Source of the DNA: the human T2T-CHM13v2.0 reference genome, Homo sapiens
Assembly: GCF_009914755.1 (NCBI RefSeq)
Contig: NC_060929.1
Length of the DNA: 64,000 nt
Reading direction: 5' to 3' (one strand)
Under the pieces are notes generated by a model. That model searched no databases, had not been told where the DNA came from, and saw only the letters and a list, made by a program, of their open reading frames with translations. The position numbers and the translations under genes are program-made. The number at the start of each line of letters is the position of its first letter. Within the stretch, counting starts at the first letter, position 1. Shown piece after piece: positions 52,375-64,000 of this stretch.

Positions 52375-52690
52375 AAACATTTGGATTATACTAGGAATCA
52401 ACGCAAAGCTTAATAACCTAAAATCCAACCACTCGGAAGTTTTTTCAACATTCCTCTAAATAGCTCTTAAGTTACTGGAATCAAAATCATAAATCTTTTT
52501 AAAATGATGACAGTGAGAATTCAGCACATCAGAACCTGTGGATGAGACCAAAGCCACCACCAGAAGCAAGTTCACAACCTTCTTAATTATAGACCAGAGT
52601 GAAAATAAATGAAGCCAGTGCTCCAGTCAAGAGGGCAGAAGAGAGAGCAACCATAAACCTAAAGATGTTGATACAAATAGCATGAGTGAC
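52375..52690 (+). mobile_element. L1ME-like ORF2 fragment
   Basis: ctaggaatcaac...aacattcctctaaatagctctt...atcagaacctgtggatg..accaaagc (QNLWD). Confidence 0.65.
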
Positions 52691-52797
52691 AAGATCTCAC
52701 TTCTGAGTGTGACATATATGTAACAAGATGGAAAAACGGTTAGTTTGTATAGCTGTAACAAATTACTGCAAATGTAGTGGCTTAAAAACACAAATTT

Positions 52798-53122
<325 letters not shown>

Positions 53123-53381
53123 TTATTATCTGACAGTTCTAGAGATCTGAAGTCCACAATGGGTCTCACTGGGCTAAAATCAAGGTGTGGGGAGGGCTGC
53201 ATTCCTTCTGGAAGCTCTAAGGAGAATGTTTCCTTGTTTTTTTCCAGCTTTTAGAGGCTACCCACATTCCTTGGCTTGTGGCCCCCTCCTCCATCTTCAA
53301 AGCCAGCACCGGAGCATCTACTGACCCCTCTCTGACTCTGAACTTCTGCCTCCATCTTCTACTTTTATGAATCCTTGTCAT

Positions 53382-53675
53382 GGCCAGCTCACACCTGTAA
53401 TCCCAGCACTTTGGGAGGCTGAGGCGGGCGGATCACAAGGTCAGGAGATGGAGACCATCCTGGCTAACACAGTGAAACCCCGTCTCTACTAAAAATACAA
53501 AAAATTAGCCAGGCGTGGTGGCAGGCGCCTGTAGTCCCAGCTACTCTGGAGGCTGAGGCAGGAGAATCACTTGGACCCAGGAGGTGGAGCTTGCAGTGAG
53601 CCTGAGATTATGCCACTGCACTCCAGCCTGGGCGACAGAGTGAGACTCCGTCTCAAAAAAAAAAAAAAAAAAAAA
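53382..53675 (+). mobile_element. Alu (Sc/Y-like)
   Basis: Dimer with a 10-nt deletion near the 5' end, plus poly-A. TSD gaatccttg(t/c)cat. Confidence 0.96.
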
Positions 53676-54829
53676 GAAGAATCCTTGCCATTACACTGTG
53701 CCATCCAGGATAATCTCCTTATCTTAAAAGTCAACTAATTAGCAACCTGACTTCCATCTGTAACCTTCACTGCCCCTGCTATGTCACCTGATTTATTCCC
53801 AGGTTCTCGGGACTGGGACATGGACAACTTTGGGAGAAGGATTATTCTGTCTCTCACAGAGACTATCTCAAAAGGGTAGGATTTCATGGTTTTTGCTTTC
53901 TCCTTAATACTTTTCTACATTATTCAATGATAATGACCATATGTTTTGTATGTTCAAAAGTAATTTTTAATTGTGAATAATGTAAATTATTGTGAATCAT
54001 GTTTTGTCAGTTGTTGTGAATAATGTTTAATTGTAAACAATGGAAAACTAAAGAAACAAAAGAATAGCATCCTCTTATAGCACCCATTGATGTCTTTGCA
54101 ACACTTTTTGGCTGGTCTTTTGTCCCCGTCCCCCTGACTTTGAGCTGCCTGAGGACAAGCCAGACCCCCCTTCACTTCTGTGGCTCTAGCAGTAAGCATG
54201 AGGACTTTGGCACAGCAGGCTTTAGCAGACGTTTCTCAAAGTGAAGATAAATCCCCTTATAAAGGAGGCCCTGGTTTAAGAAGAATGATGTGCACACTCA
54301 AAAGTGCACTTTAAGGCCAAGCTCCGAATAAACACGATGATATTATTTTATTTAAGAGTCTTCATACATACAACTTAATTCAGTAACAGTCTGAGAAACG
54401 CAAGCCAGCAGACAGATAAACCGTTATGGCTCTGGCTCTGGCAAAAACTCTTCATCTACGCGGAGCCAGAAGAAAGCCAATTAAAAGTCGGAGAGGTCCC
54501 GCAGGACAGAGGCCGGAGGATGTCCCCACACACTGAGCACAAGCCCCAAACACAGGCTTCCCCAGTCTGGAGCCGGCGGCCAGCCCCCTCCTGGCCTCAG
54601 TGAAGCCTGGACTCCTCACTCTGTCCAAGTGGGAGGAACTGGTCCCAGCTGCAAGAACCGCCTACTGTGATCTGGGCAAAGGTTCTGGAGGCTCTGCTCG
54701 CTCCTGTCCCCCAGGAAAAAAAAAAAAAAAAAGACAGCAGAGGGCATTGCTCAGGGGCCCAGCCTGGCTGTCATCCCTGAACATCCTGGGCTGAAGGAAA
54801 GAATTGAGCCCAGCCGAAACTTGAGATCT

Positions 54830-54985
54830 TTAGACTTAAATCCCCACTCTGTCACTTGTGGCTATTTGGCCTCTTTCGACCTCTGCTTTTCCGTGTCTAA
54901 AATGGCACAATATTACCTACTTTACAGAGTTGTCAAGGGATTGAAAATAAGATAATGAAGGCAAAGGAAGTGAGCTCAGTATCAT
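54830..54985 (+). mobile_element. MIR
   Basis: ttttccgtgtctaaaatggcacaatattacctactttacagagttgtcaagggatt. Confidence 0.75.
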
Positions 54986-55090
54986 TATGCCCATTTTACA
55001 GATTGGGAAACAGGCTCCAAGAGATGACATGACTCTTTCAGGATTAGACAGCTAATGAGTGGTGGATCCGGATCTGCTCGCACAGGGCTG
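54986..55090 (-). mobile_element. MIR
   Basis: cccattttacagattgggaaacaggctc...acagctaatgagtggtgga. Confidence 0.8.
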
Positions 55091-55741
55091 GGCTCCTCCC
55101 CAGCCCCGCACTGGGACAGGGGCATCTCTTGAGGGCTGCCCTGTGGCGCCCAGATGCCGCAGGGAGACAAGGCTGTGTGCACAGATCTCTCTCCACTGGG
55201 CAGCACCTGAGTAACTGGGGGAGAGAAGTGGGTTTCAAGCATCTCCTTTGTGAACCACTGGGCTTAAGTATGCTGAACTTCAGTTTTGACGCAGAACTTG
55301 GAGACAACCCATCCTCTGGGAAAAGACACAAATGAGGGCAGGACCCCTGCACCATGTGCCCTGCTGCCCCAGCAGTGTCCTCTCATCCAGTGTGTGAAGA
55401 AGGAGTGCAGCCGGAGAGCCGGTGGCAGCAGGGCGTGCGGGATGCCCCGCTCACAGCGTGCTGTGCCCGGGAGAGGAGCGAGGGCAGGCCCCCAGCTGCT
55501 TGGGAACAGTCAGCCTGCACACCTCGCCCCTGGGTGCCCTTCCAAGGCAGCCCTCAGGCCCCAGGCTCCGGGACTCCCTGCAGAGGAACTGCAAGCCAGT
55601 CCTGGCCCAGCACAGCCCTTCCGCCAGCCTCTGGCCAGCGTCAGGAAGGGGAGTGTAGAGTGAGTAGGAAGCCACACAGGAGCAGAAGCCGGGACTTCTG
55701 CCTCTCACCCCACTGCATGTATGAAAATAGACGGGGGTGAT

Positions 55742-55967
55742 GGCCGGGTGCGGTGGCTCATGCCTGTAATCCCAGCATTTTGGGAGGCTGAGGTGGGCGG
55801 ATCATGAGGTCAGGAGATGGAGACCATCCTGGCTAACACAGTGAAACCCCGTCTCTACTAAAAAAATATAAAACATTAGCCGGGCGTGGTGGGGGGCGCC
55901 TGTAGTCCCAGCTGCTCTGGGCGACAGAGCAAGACCGTCTCAAAAAAAAAAAAAAAAAAAAAAAAAA
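55742..55967 (+). mobile_element. AluY/Sc-like with an about 80-bp right-arm deletion
   Basis: ...tgtagtcccagctgctctgggcgacagagcaagaccgtctc followed by A26. Confidence 0.95.
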
Positions 55968-56149
55968 GCGGGGGAGTGATAAGGCCCCGGACAACCCAAA
56001 CTGCAGCGAGATTCTCTGCGGAGGCAGAGCTGCCTCCTCCTGGGGGTCCTCTGGACCAGGAAGGAGCCCTGAGGACTTGTGGCCCAGTGGGTCCGGCTTC
56101 CCAACCTCCACCTTGCCAGCAGCACCGATAGATGTGGCCACAAAGGTGC

Positions 56150-56680
56150 ATTCACATTTGCGACCTGTGGCTGAATGCAGACCCTGGGTGCTATCTCCCG
56201 GGGGGGCAAATGGCAGTAAGCAAGCAAAGAGGAAGTCGACAGAGAGTGACGCAGCCGTGAGGACAACAGCACAGAGTATTGTTGAGGGGGGCGGGGGACT
56301 TCCTGGAAGAGATGACACTGGAGCTGAGGCCTAAATGATTGGAAAGAGGCAGCGATGGAGAGATCTGGGGAAGTGGGCTCCAGCACAGAGAACAGCACAT
56401 GCAGAGGACCCGAGGTCAGAACAGACCTGCCATGTTTGAGGAAAGGGAAGAAGGCCAATGTGAGTGGAGTGTGGAGAGCAAAGGGTGGGCGGGGGCGAGG
56501 GACAGGAGGGCAGAGTGGTGGGCCTGGGTGGGGTACAGGAGGGCAGAGTGGTGGGCCTGGGTGGGGTACAGGAGGTCAGAGTGGTGGGCGGGGGCAGACT
56601 GCACAGAGCTTCCTCTGCTGTGGGGAGGAGATTGGATTTTCTCCTCTGTGCAGTGGGCAGCCCCTGGAGGGTGGAAGAGA
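56150..56680 (-). mobile_element. L2 3' portion
   Basis: gacttcctggaagagatgacactggagctgaggcctaaatg...cacagagaacagcacatgcagagg...catgtttgaggaa. Confidence 0.8.
56502..56588 (+). repeat. 33-bp G-rich tandem repeat (about 2.6 copies)
   Basis: acaggagggcagagtggtgggcctgggtggggt is repeated. Confidence 0.9.
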
Positions 56681-56849
56681 CCTGATTCCCCTGTCAGTTG
56701 CTCTGGGCATGTTGTGAGAATTGCTGGGGGCAGGATCTCCCTCCCTCTCTCTATGAAATTCCTGTTCAGCAGGGATCTGCCTATGGCTGTATTTCTGCTG
56801 GTAGAAGTCCCTCCCTGATTATAAACCGCTCAACACATAGAGAGGTCCC

Positions 56850-59800
56850 TAGGAGAAGGTTCAGGTTCCAGTAGGATGGTGTGAGCACGCCTCACCTGCA
56901 TCCCCCACTGCCTGCAGCCACCCAAATGCACTGGATTCATGAGCAGCTAGCTGAGGACCCTGCAAAATAAATAACAGCATGCAGATTGGGGAAGAAGACT
57001 AGAATGTGAGGTTCAGCAAACCCGCAGAGTTTACTCTTCATTCTCTGGTATTCCTCAGCCTAGATACAAGGCAGGTCAAACTCCAGAAGCGGGCACTGGG
57101 TACAGACAGACAGAGCTCGAGACAAGCCCTGTTGTTGTAGCTCAAGGATAGAAAAAGCATTTCCGAATGCTCAGAGCCAAGCCAACACCTCATTTTTCTT
57201 TCCTATTTCCTTTTTCTTTTCTTCGTGTTCTCACACGCCAGCTCATGGCAGCCCACAGGCACCTAAAACTCTAAGAGGGGAGCCTGGCTGTGTAGCTGGA
57301 AGTGCTGTGGTCCTAGAAAGGTGGAGTGAAACCCCATTGCTCTTTCCTCTTTTGGTCCTCCCAGGAGTGTAGTTGCAGGAAGTGTGCAAGACAGCAGGGT
57401 CAATAAAGCCCCAGCTTTCTGGCCAGAGAGATTTAACAAGGAGCCGCAGGAAACTGGACAGGGCTAGGAAGATGGCAGAGACAGCAGAGCTTGGGGAACT
57501 GGCATCAGAAAGTTGGTTAGAAACTCCTGGGCTCGTGCTTGAGCCGTGCACGAGTGGGTCTGACCCTAAACAACACGCCATAGGTTCTGGGGACTGACTT
57601 AGGAGGTGGACCAATGCCCAGGTCCCAGACGTGCCACTGGGTTGTGTTTACATGGGATTGATCAGAATAGGACTGCACAGGCTTTGAAAATGGACCTGAC
57701 ATTGAACCGCAATCCACAGGCACATTGGAACTTGCAGCCGGAACCCAATTAACCCAAGGGTTAATTACCTGATCAAACAAAAATAATGACCTTCTCCATA
57801 GCATTTAAACAAGATCCAAAGTCTCATAGGGTAATATCAAAGTGTCCAGGATACAGTCCAAAATTACTTGGCATACCAAGAACCAGGAAAATCTCAACTC
57901 CTCCAGGCAAATACAACCAACAGATAACAAGACTGAGATAGCACATATGTTGGAATTAACTGACAATGATCTTAAAGCAGCTATTATAAAAATACTCCAT
58001 AAAGTAAGGGCAAAAACTCTGGCAACTAATGGAAAGATAGTCTCAGCAAGAAACGGAAGACATATTTTTAAAAAGGACCAAACGGAAATTTTAGAACTGA
58101 AAAATACAATAACAGAAACTTTAAGAACTCACTGGATAGGCTCAAGAGCAGAATGGATATGACAGAGGAATGAGTCAGTGAACTTGAGGATAGAGCAATA
58201 GAAGTTACCCAATTCAAACTGCAGCGAGTAAAAATATTTTATAATGCCAAGAGCCTTAGAGACTGTGGGAAAATACCGAAAGATCTAACTAACAGTCATG
58301 TCCCAGAAGGAGAAGAGAAAGAATGTATTACTAAACAAATATTTGGATAAATAATGGCTGAAAACTTCTCAAATTCTGTGAAATGCATAAACCTACCAAT
58401 TCAACAGATCGGCAAACCTCAAATGAGAGAAATCCAAGGAAACACAATCCCACACGTTATAAACACACTCTGAAAACTACAGACAAAAAAAAGTCTTGAA
58501 AGCAGTCAGAGAAAAACAGTGCATTACTTATAGGGGAAAAATGGTTCAGATAACTGCAGATTTCTTATCAAAACTGTGAAGTCCAAAGGAAGTGCAAAAC
58601 ATTGTTAAAATGCTGAAAAAAAAAAAAAAAGAACTGTCAACCCAGAATTCTATCTCCAGCAAAAATACACTTCAAGAATTAAGGAGAAATAAAGACATTC
58701 TCAGATGAAGCAAAACTTATAGAATGTGTGGCCAGCAGATCTACCCTAAGATGGTTGCTGAAGGAAGTTCTTCAGACAGGGGGAAAATGATGCTAGAAAG
58801 AAATTTTGAACATCAGGAATAAAGGAAGAGCAACAGAAATACCTGAAAAAATATAACAGATTAGGCTCTTGCGTATTTTAAAGAGGAATGATAATGCTGT
58901 CTGATGTAGTTTTCCATGTATGTAGGTGTATAAAAGACAACAACATTCAGGGGAGGACAGAGGGACCTATATGATGGCAGGGTCTCAACATTCAACTTGA
59001 AGTGGTAAAATATTGATTTGAAAAAGACTCTGAAGAGTTATATAGGTTTATTATAATCCCTGGAGCAACCAGTAAACACTATACAAAGATATACAACCAA
59101 ACACAATAGGTAAATTAAAATTGAATACCAAAACATGCTCAAATAGAAAAAGCAAAATAAGCCCAAAGCAAGTAGAAGGGAGGAAATGATAAGAGTAAAA
59201 ATCAATGAAACTGAAAATATGAAAATAATAGAGAAGATCAATGAAACCAAATTTGGTTCTTTGTAAAGATCAGTCAACTGATAAATCTCTAGTGAGACTG
59301 AAGAAGAGAAACAGAAAAAAATATGAATTACCAGTATCAGAATATTTTTAAAAAGGATATCACTAATGACATCACAGCCATAAAAAAGATAATGGAATAG
59401 TATAAACAATTCTATGCATATAAATCCATCAGTGTTGAAGAAATGCATGATTTCCTCAAAAACTATAAGCTACCAAAACTTACCCAAGACAAAGTAGATA
59501 GCATAAAAAGTTCTGTAACTATTAAAGAAAAAGAATTCATAGTTTAAAATCCTGCAAAAAAGAAATTTCCAGGTCTAGACGGTTTTACTGGAAAATTCTA
59601 CTAACCTCTCAGGAAAAAATGGCACCAATTCTCCCATTCATTTTATGAGGTCAACATTACCCTGATATTAAAACCAGACAAAGACAGTTCAATAAAAAAA
59701 AAAACCCTACAAACCAATATCCCTCATGAACCTATAAACCAATATCCCTCAATGAACATAGACACAAAAATCCTCAGCAAAACACTGGCAAGTCTAGTCC

Positions 59801-60145
59801 AGCCATGTATAAACAGCAGAGTGCACAACAGACAAGTCATGTTTGTCCTGGATTTGCAGAGTCTGGCACAATATCCAAAAGTCAGTGTAACCCAGCATAT
59901 TAACAGACTGAAGAAGGAAAAAAAATATGCTTATATCAAGTGATAGAGAAAACCATATGATATGATTCATTCATGACTAAAAATTAAAAACTCTCAACTA
60001 ACAGAGAAAGAAACGTGCTCAACCTGGTAAGAATATCTACAAAAAAACTAAAGCTAACACAATACCGCATCCTGAGAAACTGTTTTCCCCTAAAATAAGG
60101 AGCATTTTCACGACTCCTACTCAACCTTGGGTTGAGTCCTAGACA
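56850..60145 (+). mobile_element. Old L1M with 5' UTR, ORF1 and partial ORF2 (EN deleted, 3'-truncated in RT)
   Basis: ORF1 remnant MSRIQSKIT...MLELTDNDLKAAIIKIL...QTEILELKNTITE; aagatcaatgaaaccaaa..tggttctttg; RT remnant MNIDTKILSKTLA. Confidence 0.92.
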
Positions 60146-61124
60146 GCACCTCTGTACACACCCAGCACCCAGCACAGACCCTCAGGCCAGGGCAGGAAAG
60201 GGCCCCAGAGAGCTTCCCCAAAACCCGTGTTCCTGGGGAAGGTGGATGTCCAGGAAGGGTGACTGGCCCCTAAAGCCTAGGGGAAGCGGGGGCCCTCCTG
60301 CTCCAGCCTCATGAAGCTTTGATCTCCAGTGCCAAGCCCGGTGCCAGCAGAGAGCCAGGCAGATGAACTCAACCAGGGAAAGGACACCCAGGAAGGAAGC
60401 AACTCCATGAGATCGAGTCTCATAGCACCAAGTGCTCCCACAGGCTCTGAGGACATGGCTTTTATTCCAGGACCAGGCCTGACAGGAGCACAGCCTGAGG
60501 GATGAGAGGGCAGGGCAGTCTTCTGCTGGGTGGGGAATTGGCCACCAGGGCCAGTCCCACATCTGTTGTGGCCCTGGCAGGATCAACCCTGGGCCTGAGT
60601 CCTTGGAGGTGAGGCCAGCACGTAGTAGAGGGGCAGCCGAGTAAGAAGAATCTCTCGGGGAAGTCAGTGGCCAGCCAGCCTAAGCCCGGCCCAGACCCTC
60701 GCCCTGCTAGCATGAGACAGACACAGGGGGCCCGCACTGCAGAGCTGCCCCGGCCCACGCGCCCCTGCCCTGCTGTGCTCCGCCATCTGCCCCAGCAGTG
60801 CTGTGAGAGCATCGCACCCTGCAAGCCTCAGCCTTCAGGGACGGCAAGACCTGGGGCCCACAGGAGGTCCACCGGCCCTCTCAGGGCTCGAGCACCCGGC
60901 CAACCCTGGGTGGCCACTGCTCAGCACTCCAGGACAGCTCCATGACACAGAAGCAGCTCTGCCCATGAGCATTCAACAGCCCGGTCCGGGGGGCACCACC
61001 ACGCAGGGGCTTCCCGGGTCATGCTGCACCATCCACTAATAGCACCATCACGTATGCCAGGCTGGGAGCCCGGGCGTCCCAAGCCTGTGACCTCATTCTC
61101 TATGCTCCTCACGGCTGCCCCACA

Positions 61125-61580
61125 GAATCTCTGAAACACGACTCAGACCTGTCACTGCCTGCCCAAAGCCCTCCAGCGGCTTCCCACCACATGACTGCCC
61201 CGGTCCCCGCTGATTTCTCCTTCACTCAAGTGCCAGCCGTGGAGATCTCCTCTGTGTCCTTGGCACACTTCAACTCAGCACCTGCCTCAGGGCCTTTGCA
61301 CCTGCTGCTGCCTCCACCTGGAATGGCCTTCTTCCAGAAGTCCAGGTCCTAGCTCCGATGCCTCCTCACAAGGACCTTGGTGAAGGGTGTCCCTTCTCCA
61401 TCACACTCCACACTGCCATCCTGTCCTATTTTTTTGTAACACCATTTCCCAATCATCGACACGTGGGTTCTTTATTGGGTCACTCTCTGCCCCCTGACCA
61501 GGTATCTTACGAGAGCAAAGTTGTCCTTGCTGGGTCCACGTCACCAGACCAGTGCCTGGCATCTCACAGGCATGGAGTTG
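61125..61580 (+). mobile_element. L2 3' portion
   Basis: ccctccagcggcttccca...cctgcctcagggcctttgcacctgctg...cagtgcctggcat. Confidence 0.82.
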
Positions 61581-63057
61581 AGTACGGGAGGTCGCCGGCC
61601 CTCCCGAGGCTCCCTTCCCCTACTTCAGGATGGTGTAAGGTTTCCTTGCCAAGGTCCCTGTGGTGCAGAGTGGGCCAAGTTTGCCGCCTTCTGGAGCGAC
61701 AACAAGGAGAAAACAGGGGTTTAAGTGGAGGATCCGGTGCTCTGATTTCTCCCCAGTTAGTAAAGCATTCAGGCTGCTCGGTGGAGGTGGGAAGACAGGC
61801 GCTGAGAGTTGTCTGACACAATTGTCTTAGCAGCAGGAGACGCTGATGGGATGTCGGGAGTCACCAGGACCATCTGACAAATGACCGCCTTGGGGATCCG
61901 TGGAGCTCAGCGGTGCCCAGAGAGAGCACTCGAAATGCCAGCTGGAAAGGTCACGCACGCCAGCTGGAAGGGGAGCCGCGCAGCCCCTGGGCAGGCTGAG
62001 GACAGGAACGGGCAGCCGCCACTGTTCACGAGCAAGGGTGCAGGGGCACCAGAGCCCACAGGAGCTCCTGCAATGCGATGACCATGCCTGCAGGCCCCCA
62101 TAATAGACAGCCTCATTTTTTTTTTCTAGGCAAAACTTTGGGAGGATCCTTTTTAATTGTATTTGCAAAACAGTTTCTCCCAACATGATGCCCATGTGTA
62201 TGTGGATTGGGGGAAATTCCCAAGGCCTCTCAGAGAAGTGCCTCCTTCCTAAGGTGGTGTCCCAGCAGATGAATCTGGCTGGCGTCCTGAGTGGAAGCAG
62301 GGCGCGGGCTGCCATGGAACCCCACCCTCCTGCAGGTTCCTGGCCCCTCTGCCTCCTCTTCCTTCCCACCCCAGGGGCCCTGGGATGCAGCTAGGCCAGC
62401 TGGGAGCCAGACAGCCACTGAAGCCCTCGGGGTACTGTTCCCTGCCTTTAGCATCCCCCTCAGCTGCCCATTCATTCAGCCATTCTTCTAGGAGGACAGG
62501 CCAGGCCATGGTGAGGCCCTGGGTCCAGGGAAAGATACGAAGAGGGCTGAGGCGGGCGTTCCTGCCCTTGGGTCTCTTCCGCTGCCCTGGCAGCCCCGTG
62601 CCTCCTGACTGTGGACTGGAGTTCTGCAGCTGCGCCATCCACAGGAAGCTACATGGAGAGATGGGCCAGCTCAGCAGAGAGGCGCAAACACCAATTCAGT
62701 TGAAAACTCTGTGTTCCCCGGGTAGAGGCCAGTTAGGAGCCAGCATGCCTCCCAAGGGTTGTGCAGGGAGACTTCAGCCAGGCACCCACTGGGGCAGACC
62801 CAGTCCCACTGCTTCTGCCTTCAGTGGCCACAGGCCTGGGGCCATTGGTGGATAGAGCTGGAGAAAGGCCACCTCTTCGGGACCCAGGTCACAGGATGTC
62901 CCCCCAAAGCCATCCCAGTCAGATGTCTGCAGACACCTGCTCCCCTGGCAACAGTGACCCAGACCTGACCTTCAACTCTAACTGTGCACAGCTTCCTAGC
63001 CCGGCCCCCAAGCCTGAAGCCTGGTCCCTCCAGACACTGCAGAAAGCTGGGGCTGAC

Positions 63058-63342
63058 TGTAATCCCAGCACTTTGGGAGGCCAAGGTGGGGCGGGTCACG
63101 AGGTCAGGAAATAGAGACCATCGTGGCTAACATGGTGAAACCCTGTCTGTACTAAAAATACAAAAAAAATAGCCACGCATGGTGGCACGCACCGGTAACC
63201 CCAGCTACTCAGGAGGCTAAGGCAGGAGAATCGCTTGAACCTGGGAGGCGGAGTTGCAGTGAGCCGAGATCATGCCATTGTACTCCAGCCTGGGCAACAC
63301 AGCAAGACTCAGTCTCCAAAAAAAAAAAAAAAAAAAAAAAAA
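63058..63342 (+). mobile_element. AluSc-like, 5'-truncated
   Basis: ctgtaatcccagcactttggg...gagaccatcgtggctaacatggtg...poly-A. Confidence 0.95.
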
Positions 63343-63420
63343 GGCTCTGGCCCTGCCACTTGACCGGGTGGGTCACCTCTCCGTGCCTCAGTTTCTTCTA
63401 TTTAAAATGCATAGGGGAGG
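63343..63420 (+). mobile_element. MIR core
   Basis: cacctctccgtgcctcagtttcttctatttaaaatg. Confidence 0.7.
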
Positions 63421-64000
63421 AGCTCTGAGGGCAAAACACCCTGGGTTTGCCTCAGGGCAGGGCAGGACCCTGGACCCAGCAGGCCCCCACTGCATGTCCC
63501 TCCTGTCCTCCCTGCCCCACCCCTGCCCTCTGGCTTCTGGGGTTCAAGTCAGGGAGGCCTTGGGAGTAGCCTGCGGCCCTGGGGACAGACAAGGGTGCCC
63601 CTGAATGTCCTGTGGATCTGCCCAGGTTGATGCCTTGACTGCTCCTTCCTGTCACCCAGGACCCTCCAGGAGAGACCACCCCGGACTACGCCTGCCCAGG
63701 GCTCCCTGCACGTCCCATGTCCCCACAGCGCTCAGGCGCTGAGATGCTCTGCTGTCTGCTGTGGGGGCCTGTGGACGGCCCTCCTCCCCCACCAGGCTGC
63801 AGCTCCCAGCGGGCAGGGATCTAGGCATGCCTTGCTCATACCACAAGGCAGAAACACAGTGAAGAAAGACAGAGAACTGGTCTTGTTGTCTTTGGGGGCT
63901 CAGCCCCCCAGCTCCAAGCTGGAGGATCAGGAGGCATCTACAAGCCTTTCCGAAGCCCCCCCATAGGCTGCCTTGCAGGGTACAGTATGGCCTAGAGAGC

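Overview
Primate, almost certainly human, genomic DNA from inside ADAMTS2 (procollagen N-proteinase), which is transcribed on the minus strand. The only protein-coding sequence I can support is one 154-nt internal exon at 26082-26235 ([19 protein letters not shown]...GGPQALDT-G, prodomain; it matches exon 3, c.535-688, as I recall the cDNA). Everything else is intronic: old L1, L2 and MIR elements, MaLR LTRs (MLT1, MST, THE1), hAT MITEs (MER102/MER45-like), about 14 Alus and several minisatellites. The other ORFs in the track are GC-rich or repeat-derived noise. I see no evidence of a new gene system. The most unusual structures are: (i) a non-Alu, about 88%-identical inverted duplication at 19078-21225, in which one arm lacks an 860-bp segment across a microhomology; (ii) a 1.3-kb C/G-skewed, CpG-rich VNTR at 30472-31782 that arrays GLIS/ZIC-type motifs and is G4-prone and stop-free on the transcribed strand; (iii) a 28-bp hairpin VNTR that arose inside a MIR; (iv) a nested Alu/duplication knot at 37.2-38.2 kb; (v) three neighbouring Alus sharing a non-consensus base; and (vi) a strong CTCF motif inside a MER102 near the exon. 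Repeat subfamilies were assigned by eye from remembered consensus sequences, and repeat boundaries are approximate.
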